The notes under the pieces: generated by a model | What the model was told of the DNA's origin: nothing | The model's database searches: none | What the model saw: only the letters and a program-made list of their open reading frames with translations | NCBI GenBank assembly: GCA_047495785.1 | Contig: JBLDXI010000028.1 | Span: forward strand, 868,001 to 932,000 | DNA from: Lepidodermella squamata | Taxonomy: Eukaryota; Animalia; Gastrotricha | Length of the DNA stretch: 64,000 nucleotides | Direction: 5' to 3' | Program-made: the position numbers and the translations under genes | In this document: piece by piece, positions 27,962 through 40,930 of the stretch | How the letters are laid out: every line of letters begins with the position of its first letter | How positions within the stretch are numbered: position 1 is the first letter of the stretch

Positions 27962-30537
27962 ATGTCTCTAGCGTGGCCGAAAGACTTTCACAATCATTTT
28001 GTCATCATCAATGTTTCGGGTTTTCGATTTTTGATGAAGAAGCGGCAGATTTTCAGGCACCCGAAATCGCGACTCGCGCTGATTATCGCCGACGAGTCGA
28101 CGAACGGCCGCGAGTTGTACTGCGATCGAAATCCGTACTTTTTCCCGTTCATCTGCGACTACTACCGCCACGGCGTTATGCACATTCCATCAGAGACGTG
28201 TAAGAGCAACGAATAGTTATAACGATAAATCCGAATCTCGCATGCCCTTGGATTTAATATCAGCGTTAACAGACAGTTTTTTTTTATTTTCGGCGATAGC
28301 TATTTAGGAAGAAATTCTTTAAAAAAGGAAATATTCGAAAAAAATAATTCAGGAATTTACAACGTTTTGCAAATTTCCAACAAAATTGGACTTATCCTTT
28401 ATCCAGATAAAACACAGCCACAATTTTCTAAAAAATGGGTGCGTTTCTAAACTCGTGTTTCTGATTTTTTGTTTTATAAAATCGAAAAAAAACATTACAT
28501 TTACCACTAAAGCCGGTGTGTTTTACACATGTTAAGAGGCACGCGAGTTTATTTTGCTTAATTTGGCAATTTTCAAAAATTTGGCAATTTGCCAAATTAT
28601 TGAGGCCGCGCGAATGTTTTACCCTTTATACTAAAACCAGAACATTTAATCGTCGCGGCCTCTGACTGTAGTTTACGACTGTAATTTATTCAGCAATTGC
28701 TCAATAAATTGCACCAAAATTACTGCAGGTGGAAAACCATTTTGAACAAATAATTGTCATTTATTAACATGAGAATTATTGACCGAATTTAATTGTTTAA
28801 ATTTGGCCTTTGTTTTGCGATTTTTTCAAAAGAGCTATTTTGTAAATTGGCCAGACAACTGGCCAATCTTACACAAACGATATGAGTTGCATGGCAAGAA
28901 GTTACATTCGCACCAATGCTACAACCTGCAAAATAGCATTACCTATTGTGATTTTCATGTCCATTACGACTCTTACTTTCTAGATTGCTGGACTGTAGTT
29001 CGCGAGGAACTTCTCTTCTGGGGGATCAGCCTTGAAGCAATGCAAGATTGCTGTACAATACGTAGGTTGCAACGACCTTAACACATCAATAGTTCATTTA
29101 AAAATTAACATAGCGCTATCTGACGACCTTCGAGCGCTTGATAAGCGAAAGAAACTACGTGAGCATTTTATTTTTTAAAAGCTTCCTATGATTTTTATTT
29201 CCTAATATTATCCTACATTCAGAGCGAGTTTTCGGCGATGACAAAATCATGACGACAAAATCAGTTGAATACATATCGCTAACTCGAGCACACGCCATCC
29301 AAAAAGGCTACCACTTCCTGTATCAGCCTTGGAAATCGTTCATCGGCCGAACCTACTACATGCTATACACGTTTCTGACCATTTTATACGCGTTCATTTT
29401 CATGTTCGAATGCGTCTTCTGGTCGCGTGATACTTCAAAAATTGAGCAGCACATTCAAGCTTGTTCTGGCTCGAATGAATCGTCAACCGTTCACACTTAT
29501 ATCGCCGCAAATCGAACCTATCAGGAAGCCCTTGAAATGGGAAATTGGCCGAGGGCATATCAACTTTCGTCTCCTGCGTCGATATTCATGTATATCGACG
29601 CGCTGTGTGTAAGATTTCAAATTTTCTTTTTGATAAATGCCCAATGATTTGCCGTTCAAAGCTTGGCATATTCGCAGTAGATTTCGTGCTACGGTTCAGT
29701 TTCTTCCCATCGATCGCCTCCTTCGCCGTGCAGCCGTTGCACATTATTGATTTTATTTCGCTCAGTCTCAACTGTTTTGCGTTCTATTTGGGACACGTCA
29801 TCTACGAACCATTTTGGTGCGACATAAACAGCGGTAATTTTGAACTTTGTGGTTTTCTGATCCAAGTCCCATGTTACAAATTCGAAGATTTCCTAATTTT
29901 AGCTTTTCCAAGCTCATAACCTTTCAAATATTACCATCTAGTTTCGATATACTTCGGCCTCGAAATTTCGCGCATCATCCGCCTGATTCGCCTCTTCTGC
30001 CTATCGCACAAGTACAGCTGGATGAACGTTCTACTTCTAACGTTCCGCGAGACTGTCGTAGAATTGTTCCTTCTTATTTGCTTCCTATCAATCGGCGTCG
30101 CGTTATTCGGTCTCGCAGTTTACATACCCGAACTGGACTCTACTGACGGCAAGCTTCTTCAGCCATTCCACGGATTTTGGTACGCGATCGTAACAATCAC
30201 AACGCTTGGCTACGGCGATTTCACACCGTCGACACCAATTGGCTACGCGGTCGGAGCAGTTTGCTGCACGTCGGGCGTCATTTTTGTCTCGCTTCAGATA
30301 CCATTAATCGCGAGTATTTTCTCGGATTTCTATGATTATTCGTTGGAGCAACGGTTGCGCATAAAGGCAGAGACGGCGGATGCTAAGGAGGCGAAACTGG
30401 AGCAGCAGGTTGCGGCGAACAGGACGCAGGGTGGCGAAACGCGGAGCCGGGTGGGCTTCAGTGGGGTGTCGTCGATTGGTGACAATAAATCTGTTAGATC
30501 TGCGAAAACTAAGTCTGTGAAATCGATGAAAGCTTGA
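27962..30537 (+). CDS. Voltage-gated K+ channel alpha subunit, divergent Shaw/Kv3-like; start uncertain, upstream exons possible
   Basis: T1 domain INVSG..HPKSRL..YCDRNP..FICDYYRHG..REELLFWGI..DCC; S1-S3; S4 SRIIRLIRLF (about 29960-30010); pore FWYAIVTITTLGYGD; multi-exon. Confidence 0.9.
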
Positions 30538-31166
30538 GCTCGAAAAATGAATAAAATGATTAGATTAAATTGAACCTTATTGGGCTCTGCTTTTGAAATT
30601 TGTTGAGCCCACAGGCCAGGAAAAACAAAGAATCGCGTTCATTATATTGACGATTATTCGATTTTTCCTTCAATAGGCAGTTATTGATTTGAACAATCAA
30701 ACATTTTTTGCTACTGCTCAATTTCAATCGATTCCATAACAAGGTTCGCGTAGGCGAGTAGGTGTGAACATCCAACAAAGATGAACAAGATTGACAACCT
30801 ATTGCAGATCGATCTCTGCGAGAAAATATTGTGCCCGAATAGCATCGAAGCTGCGAAATTCATTATACTAAAATCAGTGCGGTGCGATTTTTGGTGATAA
30901 AGTTTTCCATAGTTTGTTTATTTCTAACAACGGAAACTTCTTGCGACGAATGGTTGACCTTTCTGAACTCGAGAACAAATTGCCCAGTCAACTCGAGGCT
31001 TTTCCCGAGTTTCCTTCCCAAATCAAAGGCGAATGCGCTTCAACCTGCGAGCAGTAAGGCGATCAGTGCAGTAGTTTTGCCTTCAGTGAGAAGCTGGGGA
31101 CTTGTAAGCTGTTCGAATACCAAGATTTGACAATCCCGCTGCCGGAATTAGCATCTGATATCGATA

Positions 31167-31564
31167 ATGGCATGTTTTCAATGAATTCCAGCGTTAGTAT
31201 TGCTGCAGACATAAAGTTATTTTCCGAAAGTATATTCTACAGAGATCGTGGTGCCCATCTGGATGGGTTTCCGACCCTACTTCTCGAAGGTGTTATTTAA
31301 TGAGTTCACAAACACTGACCCGACCAATTGCGTATGGAAAGTTTGCGACGAAGCGCACATGTCGGAACTAGTGACGTTTCAATCGGCGGAGCAGCGGGAT
31401 TCGTTGTACGAGATTCTGAATGAAAACTACCCGGCTGCAATCAAATGGTGGACGGGGTGTACTTCAAGTTTGACAACGAACTTCATATAATCTCCATACA
31501 GGTTCCGCCCTTCTTCGATAATTGCAAGCTGCGTGTACCTTTTCAAAAATAAAACCGAGCCCTA
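31167..31564 (+). pseudogene. Decayed C-type lectin gene
   Basis: Signal-like MACFQ*IPALVLLQ has an in-frame TGA at 31182. CPSGWVSDPTSRRCYLMS in one frame continues as WKVCDEAHMSELVTFQSAEQ..KWWTG in another (frameshift near 31320-31335). A truncated CVYL exon follows. Confidence 0.6.
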
Positions 31565-31772
31565 GCCTGACGGGCCATAACAGGGCTAGCCCCTGAAATC
31601 TGAAATTTCTCATAATTACCACAGCATGGCATCAGAATTAACTGGTTTCTCAAATCTCAATTTTAATAAGTATATACGAGCTTTTTAATATGTATCCGCG
31701 CCCATAGTTGGAACGCTTCATGGCAAATAAATTAAATTTCAGAGAATGTTAATCATTAAAGTCATAAATAGT

Positions 31773-34257
31773 TCACGCTGCGTTCTGGTTGATCCAGTTC
31801 ACAACAGAGCAAACACGCGAATAAACGCCAGGATACTTAGCTTCTCCGCATCCTAGTCCACTAGAGACCAACCCATCGAGGGTGAAATAGCCGTTCTTAT
31901 AGCACAGCATAGCCATACCACCATCCCCGTTGCAAGCATCGACACCACCCTCTCGGTAGAAACCAGCGCAGACCTATAAACATAGACAATGTTTGCAATC
32001 CAAGTAATAATTAGCAACTGAAATTGATTTAGCACCTCGGTATTGGTAAGTGTCCAGTTGATTGAAGCGTATGATTTGCTGCAAAGGGCTTGGTCGACAA
32101 CTGGAACCTCCGCTTTCCTCATAGCTCGCAGGTCGGAACTGGCGGCATCTTCGAAGATGATGGTCAAGACCGTTATTGAATAAATTGAAATAAAAAATTA
32201 CTTTCACTAGTCGCGCCGTAGCCAGAGATAACAGTCATCTGACCGGGCTGGCAAGAGTTGCTGCAAGAACTGGGCAAGCAAGCCGGACGAATCGACCAGG
32301 AGTTCGTAGGAACAGCACTTTCCAGCTCAATCAAGGCGAAGTTGTAGTAAAGATTAACATCGTCGTATTGCGGATGAACAATGACACGGATAACTTTGCG
32401 CGAAACAGCGTAGTAGGCTTGGAGGTCAGCAGTTGTGGCATCCTTCTTAGGACGGTTACCTTCTTTGCCAAAGTAGGCAGTCCATTGTCTAGATAGGAAA
32501 TCTTGTGAATTGCTGTTTTCAGTTGAAAATAAAATCACATACCCAACAGATGCACTGCTTGCAGTAGCAACATGAGCTGCAGTTAGGAGCCATCGGTCAT
32601 TAATCAAGGTAGCAATGTAAGGCGTGCGTCCCTCAGAATGAACCAGAGTGTACCACGGAAATTCCTGGTCTTGAGAGGGAACCCCTCCAACAATCTGCAG
32701 CGAAACGGCGTAATCTTCCCCGCTATTCCAATACTTGTTATGGCCACAGCCGTTAACAGGGCTCGCTTGAGCCGGCGTATCTTGGTAATTCGTGCGAACA
32801 GATTCAGTCGGGATAAGGCCAGCGATTTCGAGAGATTGACGCCCGGCAAAGTGAGCATTCACCTCTTCGGCAGTCAAAGTGAATGGGCAAATTAGCACGT
32901 CGTCGATGTAGCCCTGGTAGGTACCGTAGAATTGGTCCGAGCCAATGGTGAACGGGCAGTGCGCAGACTTAAATTGGCCGGGGAAGTTGAAGGTCTGAAC
33001 TTTGAACTACATGGAAAACATCAGAAAATTTGGAAACTCTCAAGATATAATTTCATCACATACACTGTTAATGTAGATCGAGCCAGTAACGCCATTGAGT
33101 GTAATGCAGACCTGGGTGAAGTTGTAGCCCTGGGTGTTGTAAGTTGTGTTGAATGATTGGGAGGTAATGCCGTTGCCGTAGATCACAGCGCCTTCAGCAA
33201 CGATGATATTGCCTGGCAGAACTGCCAAGATAGCGTTGAACTCTGACTTGAGCGCGTCTTTGTTGTTTGAAAACAGGCCTCCAACATCAGCCGAGCAGGG
33301 CAACTTTTCGCATCTAAGAAATCATGGAAAGATTCGAAATTGAAGCTTCACTGGCGCAATGGCGAACCTGAAGTAAAGGCAAACAGAAAATGTGCGAACA
33401 AAATCCATGGTCTTGCCAGCCGGAATTTCGACATGCCCACCTCGAAGATGCAGCGACCCTGCGCCACGAGCCGACAAATCGTTCGAAATCGCCGCTTCGC
33501 CAACAACATCGACGAAAAACTTGTTAACAGAGTGATCATTCGTATCGTCATCGAACGGCAAATAGATGCGGCATTGTCGCGAACGAGTTTCGCTGCCTGC
33601 ATCTGACAATACGCCCTCACAACGGCAGTTCTCCAGGTTGAAAAGCGTGAACATCGGGCAGGTCTGGGTCGTCCGGATGCCGTCGGCATCTTCGATCTGA
33701 AATTTGTTGGCATCCTTCACAGCGATCAACTTGGTGCCGTAAGGGTCGATGCAGAAGCCGTTGCCTTGCTGAACCGGGGGCGCGGCTGACGTAGTCGGGG
33801 CAGGTGGGCGTTCGCAAATGTCGACGCAGGTTTCACTGTCGTCGCAGCCGCAAGTTCGTGGGTTGAAGCTGGTCTTCGGCGGGCAGCAGAACTTGTAACT
33901 GGCAGTTCCGGAACAGACGAAGAACTCGGCGCAGTTGCCTTGCTGGGGGTAACAACCTCGAGCAGCGACTGTGACGTTGCGGCATTGGTCTTGGCATGGA
34001 ACAGGACCTTCGGGAAGGCAAGACAGAACTTCATCGTGCCAGAAGGTGTTTGCCGGACATTTCATCCTGGTACCGATAGCAGAGCCATCTTCCAGATACT
34101 GGCATTTGTAGAACACGTGGCAATCGCCATTAGGATCAGGATATGAGTCCTTGTGATTACGACGTTGCGAACACTGTTTGCAATACGTGTTCGCATCTTC
34201 GGCCGTTGCGTAGCTTGCGAAAGCTAGCAAGGCGATACTGGCAAAGATGAGCTTCAT
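31773..34257 (-). CDS. Secreted mosaic protein: 3x CBM14 chitin-binding + LamG-like + catalytically inactive trypsin-like domain
   Basis: Signal peptide MKLIFASIALLAFASYATA; three peritrophin-A Cys patterns (C..FYKC..CPANTFW..C); LamG start IYLPFDD; protease IVGG..FPW..WLLTAAH..PACLP..GYG..VCAG..DACNGDGG..GCG..PGVYSRV..WI; stop at 31773. Confidence 0.85.
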
Positions 34258-34394
34258 TTTTCGAATAAAAATCAAATTAATAAATATTGAAAAAAATGAA
34301 TTGCGGGCGTAGTTGAAAGTTGCCACGTGCCTTTCGTAAACGTGTGCTATATAGCGTGTTGTTTTTAGTGAAATTCGCACCGATATGTTTCGCA

Positions 34395-36090
34395 AATACG
34401 TGATTGGCGTCCTACTTAATTTTTTCAGCTTTTTGTCCCATATTTCTGGACGCATCTTATGAGACGAAGTTTACATGATGATATTATTTCAGCATTTTGA
34501 GAAAATTTGATACTTTAGTTCTCTGCTCATTTTCGCCAAAAATGTTTTCCGAGAACATTCGCCATCAAGATGGAAAAAAGCAGCAAATAATTGTTACTTA
34601 TGTAGCTTGATAAATTGCTCTACAAGCAAATTGGCATCATTTTTTAGGAAGGTCGGGATCGAGTGAATAGCTCCACGTTGGAAGTGTGGGGAAAAGTCAT
34701 TAGTGTTAAAATTGTCAAATCTTCAAGGACAACTCGGGATAAACCCATACAAAAACGGCATGGGCATAACAGCAGTTTGAGCAGGAATAATTAAATATAT
34801 TTATTTTCGACATTATAGCTGGCGATATAACAGCACATTTATCTAGATTTCTAACCAATGGTGGAAGCAGGTAGATTTTTCGCTAACCAACTTGACCCAA
34901 GACCAAGTTTTCTAGGAAAACCGGACCTGGTGCACTGAAACAACATTGACGTATAGAGCTACCCTTCGTAACCCGAATGAGGCCAAGGACTATTCGGTTG
35001 CTTAGTACACCCTCTTATGGATACGTGGCTCGATTGGAGTGATCGTTCCCGGATGCGGCCATATCCCCGAAGCCATTCCTCGGACGCTTGGAGTGACATA
35101 CACCACTATACATGGCGAGATCCAGAGTCTTGACTTCAAAACCAGACCTAACCCAAGCCAGGCTGATACCGGGAACATGTTTTTCTACCTGCCGGTTTAC
35201 ACAACCTGTTTCCACCTCGAATTCTGACAGTGCAGCATAAAGAATGAAGCGAAGTAATGACTTGAAGATGTCGGCCGGCGGTGTAGAGCCAGAAGCGCAA
35301 TCGGGTGGCTGCGCGCTGTTGTTTTAGCTTCGTTTGCTAGGGATTATCCCAGGATAGCCAACAAAGTGGCCAACATATAGGCAGTATCGAGTAGAGAGCA
35401 TTGGAAGTTGAACGATTGAAGGTAACTTGAATACATTTTACATTGCTCGGCCACCTTATAAATGGCTCAAGGCATGTAGTCGCGTGCGTACAAGTCGTCA
35501 CCATTAATTAATTAATAATTTAATTAATTTAATTAATAATTTAATAAAAAAGAATTAAACACGCGTCACATCCGCCCATTTTTTGGCTGATATTTTTACA
35601 TTTATATAAATTTTGGATTATTAAAATGATTATTAAAATGATCGCCGACCTTTGCTAAAGCGTGAGGTTTTTTATTGAAATTCGAACCGGTCAGCCCACA
35701 GCCCATATTTGTTTGCCACAAATACGTGATTGGCGGCCTACTTAATGATCAATGCTTTTGTCCCATATATTGCCATAACTGTTCCATATAAATCTGAAGT
35801 CATTTCCTTCTCTGCTCCTTTTTCAGATCATCCAGAAGATATTCGCCCGCGAGATGAAAAAGCCACAAATAAAGAAGTTTTAATTGCTTCACGAGTTTTT
35901 TTTCTGGCGACGAACTTTCCATATCCATAGATGATACCAGCAGATTAGAATCAGGTCACGTGAACAGCTTCATGCGGGAAGCGGGAGAATAAAAATGTAT
36001 TGAAGGTTCAGCTTTTTGGCTCATTTTATCCTGCGCAGATAAGAAGTCATCAATGCAAAAAAAATGTCAAATCTTCTAGGACATCACGGA
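34395..36090. repeat. Diverged direct repeat pair (about 34395-34740 and 35720-36090)
   Basis: Collinear shared blocks: AAATACGTGATTGGCG.CCTACTTAAT, GCTTTTGTCCCATAT, TTCTCTGCTC, GTGAA.AGCT.CA.G, TGTCAAATCTTC.AGGACA. Confidence 0.7.
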
Positions 36091-36213
36091 CAAAACAGCA
36101 GGTTCATTGGTACAGTTCGATCACGAATAATTTCGTGTTTACACTTTTATCCTAATTTTCAGACCTTGGTTAAACACAGTCAATCATGATTGGCGTGATA
36201 AAATAGCCAAATT

Positions 36214-36311
36214 TTCTGAAATTTAAAATTATTCTGAAATTTAAAATTATTCTGAAATTTAAAATTATTCTGAAATTTAAAATTATTCTGAAATTTAAAA
36301 TTATTCTGAAA
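36214..36311. repeat. Minisatellite, 18-bp unit x about 5.4
   Basis: Perfect TTCTGAAATTTAAAATTA tandem copies. Confidence 0.95.
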
Positions 36312-37645
36312 ATCACCCTGAATGGAACTTGCAATTTCATGTGCACGTGATATACCTAAAAATAAAATATTTTGCTCGAAAATATGGTGTGAAACATTAA
36401 AAAAAGCTAAGGTGAAATTGATACCGGTTTTTCCATTTTTTTCATCCAGTAAATATATCCAATTTTTTCCTGTAAATAATTTTTTATAAAGAGCCTGTTA
36501 AAAAGGTGAAACTCAACATATTTAAGCCACAGGGAGACTACAAAACGCCGCTGGGGGCAAAGTTCATGCTCATCGATTTAGAGCGTCAAGAAATTGAGAG
36601 AAAATATCAGTTTCATCAGCAAATGATTTAAATTCTTCAATTTTTTAAAACTCCTCATTAAGTAATTGATGAGCCCCCTGCCACATGCGGCTTTTGTGGC
36701 CACCCTGTGCATTGTATTCCTTTGGGACAAGGCTTAAAACTTCTAACAGCAAAAAGCCCAAGTGTGACATCACGTGTACGATTTCGCACGTGTTACGCTC
36801 AAACACAATCATTCATAAAGTCATTGCGTTCTTTTAATTTTGAATTCAGAAATTTGGCCGATGTTTTTAACCATTTTTGTTTATTAGGTATGTATATACA
36901 AAATTCATTCATAATGTCAAAGATTCAGTTTGTCCTACATTTTTATAGACCGCGTGGTGTCCCACTTTTCAATGCCCCACATGATGCTGGGTCATATTTT
37001 TGACCCAGGCCTGCTGTCCGAAATTAGACTTTTTACTGAGATTGCGTATCAACGTAATAGCTATTGTGTACCTTTGTAAACCAGATTATACAACACAATG
37101 CGAGAAGGTGATAATAGGTTATTATTTATTATTACAAATAATTGAACGCCGCTCTATTCTCCAAGCACGGAAGTCGTCATAATAATTGCGGCGATGAAAA
37201 TAGATAAGCCGGCGAAATGAACGCAACTTGGCTTTGTTTCATGTTTACAGCTATAGCCGCGTTTATATACGAAAAATTTATAGGGACACCGTTTATAAAT
37301 ACTGGCTCAAAAAGAGCAGCTCAGCTCATCCTTAATTCCTATCGCGTTTTTATATGACCAACGGATAATCAGGCACACGACAGTCGGTCAGCATGCTTTT
37401 ATTGCGCGAACTTGACCCAGCAATAAATAATAAAGAAACGCACTTGAAATAAAATATGGCTTTTATTTGTTCGAACAAATAGACATCCAAAATTTTCGAA
37501 TTAACCACGGGTCTAAGTTAGGGGTCATTTCAATTTTCCGCAAGAGCACGTGCGAGCAATGTTCAGCTGCAAAATGCTATTAATAATGGAAAAAAATTCC
37601 ATTTTATTCTAGATTTTTTTATTATTCGAAACAGTATAAAATTTA

Positions 37646-39878
37646 ATGGCTGACAGCGATGGGGCGAGTTTCGAATGGCGCCGACGAACATCGTCTATCG
37701 TGCGGCGATTCCGCTCGCTTTTCAACATCGGCTCTTCAGATGACGGCAACGGACAAGACGAACAGACTGTTGTGTCGATAACGGTGGCGCCGGCCGATTT
37801 CAATGCCGTTAGAAGTGAGGAAATGCTGCGAGGTGTGGTGGGGGCTTTTCCCAACCTCAGATTTGCCTCGGTAAATTTTCGATATTTTACGAATTTTACA
37901 AAATAATCGGATTATTTTCAGTGATTTTTTCGTTTTTAGTTGATTAATTTTTATTTCGAAATTTTTTATAAATAAAACTAATGCAAAATAAAAGTTATTA
38001 CATTTTTCCAATGGGAAATTCTGGAAACAAAAATTTTTATAGCTAAATTTCGTATTGCGGCGGTTAAAATTTGGTTTCTTGTTTTATAATGGAATTTTAA
38101 TTTTTCATATTTTTTACATTTTTTCAATTTTTAATTGGATTTCATGAATTGGGAATTTTTTCCAAATTTTAAATGGTGAATAATTTCTCTCTTCTTAAAT
38201 TTGTTTAGTCGCAACTTCGCCTTCACGTGACGTCGACCGCTTCGCCATCTCCAGTCGAATTTTGGTGCATTTTGATGGAAAATTTCGAGTCAGCCGTCGA
38301 CATGGGCCTCAACTACGTCCGCCACCTGCCAGGCATCAACTATATCCACCCTCAAGACCGGCGTCGAATTTTCTCCGAATGCCTATTACCAATGGCTGCT
38401 GTTCAACAAATTCTAATGTCGAAAGGCGAGTCGAGATCACAGGCTGAAATCAGCTTACCCGGCGATTACTTCTTCCTGAACATGACGCCGCAAGCTCGAG
38501 CGTTGTTCGTGTCCTATTTCCCGGCCTATCAAGCCCTGGTTAAGGAAGTCTACGATGTGGGCTGTGCTATTGCGACATGGGCGCCGTCTTCTGTCGAATT
38601 GGCGTTTCTCGAGGCTCTTCTTTTCTATCACAGCGGTGAGTATAAAAGAGATAAATTGATGAGACAACAAATTACTAAACAAACAGATAAACAAATTGAG
38701 TTAGTTGGTAGTTTTGATAATGGTCCAAATATTTGCACCATTAAAAATGATGTTCCAGCACTAAATTTAAGCGACCTGGCACTTGATTTTTCAGATTCAG
38801 GCGATTTTTGAACTCTGGATTTTTTGTTTTAGCTACCTGGCGCCCTAAACTACGTAGAAAAATTATCGATGTTGAGTTCCATGGCGGCTGATATCGGGAA
38901 AATCACTGATTTGTAAAATCGATACTTACAATCGATATCGTCTCTATAAGATAGAGTATATAATTCGTAAACTGACCGCTCATAGCGCGAAATACGCGTA
39001 ATAGGAAGGTCTATCGGTTAGGCAAGGTGTCAAAAAATTTGACAGTCTAGCGAAGACTGGGAACTCGAAAAACCATATTTAGGGGAAATCATGTGCTGGA
39101 GTCTCGAATTTATTGCTGGAACCCTAAATTTAGGGTGCGCAATTGGCAGCCGTAAAATACGATAAATCGAGACTAATTTTTGAAATTTTTATGCAATCAG
39201 AATATTAGTTTTAGGATCTCATGAATATTCATTTTTAAAATTGAAAAACTATGAAATTGTCTTCAAAATACTTTTTAAATTGTCGTTGAGACTGTCGGAG
39301 TTTTACTCTTTCTATTCTTGATTGTATTGAAGTTAAACGTAGAGCTAAAACTAGTTCGGGCACGTGTCGATATGCCCGAACTCAGTAAATATGGAACAAT
39401 GGTAAAATCTTCGAAAATAACGTGCTAATGGCCAGAATTTTGGGGCAGTAATTAACGAGAAAAATCGCTTGAAAATAAAAAATACTGAATATTGCTATTT
39501 TCTTTAATTTTTGTGTTTTTCCAACTTCATAATATCTACCATTTTGCAATTGCAGAAGCTCCGGGCCTCTCGAATCCTAGTTCGCTCGGCAATCTTCGAA
39601 CTCAGCTACTTCGAACAATAGAAGCCCACCTTCAGTCGACGTGCAGCGAAGAAAAAGCCGCCTCGGTGATGGAACAACTGTTGTCAGTGTACAAATTACT
39701 TATGAAACTGCCCGAAGTTCACTCGGCCGTCCTAGCGCAAATGACCGCGCAAAACCCGGATATTTTACAAGCCAGCGCGCTGCTGCGCGAAGTCTACCCG
39801 AACGGCGGCGTGACGCGGAAGCTAAAATCGAAAGCGCCCGGCGACAATCGAAACGGCACAACCGTTATCGGTAGTTAA
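37646..39878 (+). CDS. Nuclear receptor ligand-binding-domain protein without a zinc-finger DBD, 3 exons, 324 aa
   Basis: Exons 37646-37870, 38209-38635 and 39556-39878 splice in frame (975 nt). LBD signature YVRHLPGINYIHPQDRRRIF, helix 8 ELAFLEALLFY, PGL loop, helix 11 VHSAVL, AF2-like ALLREVY. Confidence 0.75.
38730..39143. mobile_element. MITE with terminal inverted repeats in nuclear receptor intron 2
   Basis: Left end GCACCATTAAAAATGATGTTCCAGCACTAAATT resembles the reverse complement of the right end AATTTATTGCTGGAACCCTAAATTTAGGGTGC. A second copy lies at about 47545-47760. Confidence 0.6.
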
Positions 39879-40930
39879 ATGAACCTGTGTGACAGTACAA
39901 TAACTGCTCAATATATATATATATATAAAAGTCACAATAAGTCTTCACGATAAGCCTTTGTTAAAACGTGGAATCGTTCTCTTGGTAAAAAAACTACTTG
40001 TTTTGATATTTTGAACCTCGAAACTGTTACTCGGTTCGATTTTCCGCCTGTGCGTCATTGTAACGCTTCTGTATGTAACGTGGCATAGAATCAAGAAATT
40101 CACAGCTTTTGGATACTTGCGAAAATAAAACACATTTTTATTCAATTAAACTGGCTCTAAGACATTTGAGCAAACTCTCAGTTCTGCTAAAATTAATTCT
40201 TTTGCTGTATAGCTAGATATAAGTATTAAGCTTTTTTTGTTAATTTTTCGCTCGCAGACATGTTTTTTTCAACAATGTACTTTGTTCTTTTTTTGCTCTT
40301 TTTTGTTTATTTTTATTTATTCTAATTACCTATACGAGATTTTGTTGTCAATTTTTCAGTTTTTATTAGGATTCAGAGGGCTTTTGTTTTCTTTCATTTT
40401 TTCGAAAATAATGTCGCCTCGTTTTGCCTAGCCCAAAAACTGAGCCCGTAAACATTTTCGAGCTGATTCGACGGCTATAGACGGCTATAATAGTTGGTTG
40501 ATTTGATCCTCGAAGCTATTGTATTCAGTAAAATTGAGTTCCAGTCATTCTCGGCGTGGCTATTCTTCCAGAAAATTCTAAAACGAACTGTTTAACCTTC
40601 ACCAGCGAAAATGAGAACCTTCACCATCCAGACACTAGATACTTAGATCATCACATTTTATTTTGAAATTAATAATGAATTATTCACTCTGATAAATAAT
40701 CATAGACCATACTTTCAAGTATATAACGCCGCCGGCCCCTCTTTTTAAAAGAAGCTTTTCCGAAAGCCATACCCATTAAGCTTTTACGCATGTGTTCATA
40801 AAAGAGAAACTTATAGGTTGGGAGTGAGGAAATGATGACAGATAATACGCACAATTGAATCGGTACATATTCAGATGCAGATTCGAGATTACAAGTTCAG
40901 ATTTCTGCGAGGTAATGGCTATCGTTTTAA

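Noticed and set aside
28560-28880. Short palindromes in the Kv intron (AATTTGGCAATTTGCCAAATT; GAGGCCGCG..CGCGGCCTC; TTGGCCAG..CTGGCCAA) as ncRNA
   Set aside because: No tRNA, snoRNA or miRNA hallmarks; most likely degraded MITE fragments.
30882-31130. 82-aa ORF with a signal-like N-terminus
   Set aside because: GTG start, no domain and no splice support.
31182-31184. In-frame TGA as selenocysteine
   Set aside because: It lies in a signal-peptide-like stretch, the gene also has a frameshift, and no SECIS element was seen.
34870-35500. LINE ORF2 remnant
   Set aside because: I could not recover RT, RNase H or zinc-knuckle motifs in any frame, so it is not called as a feature.
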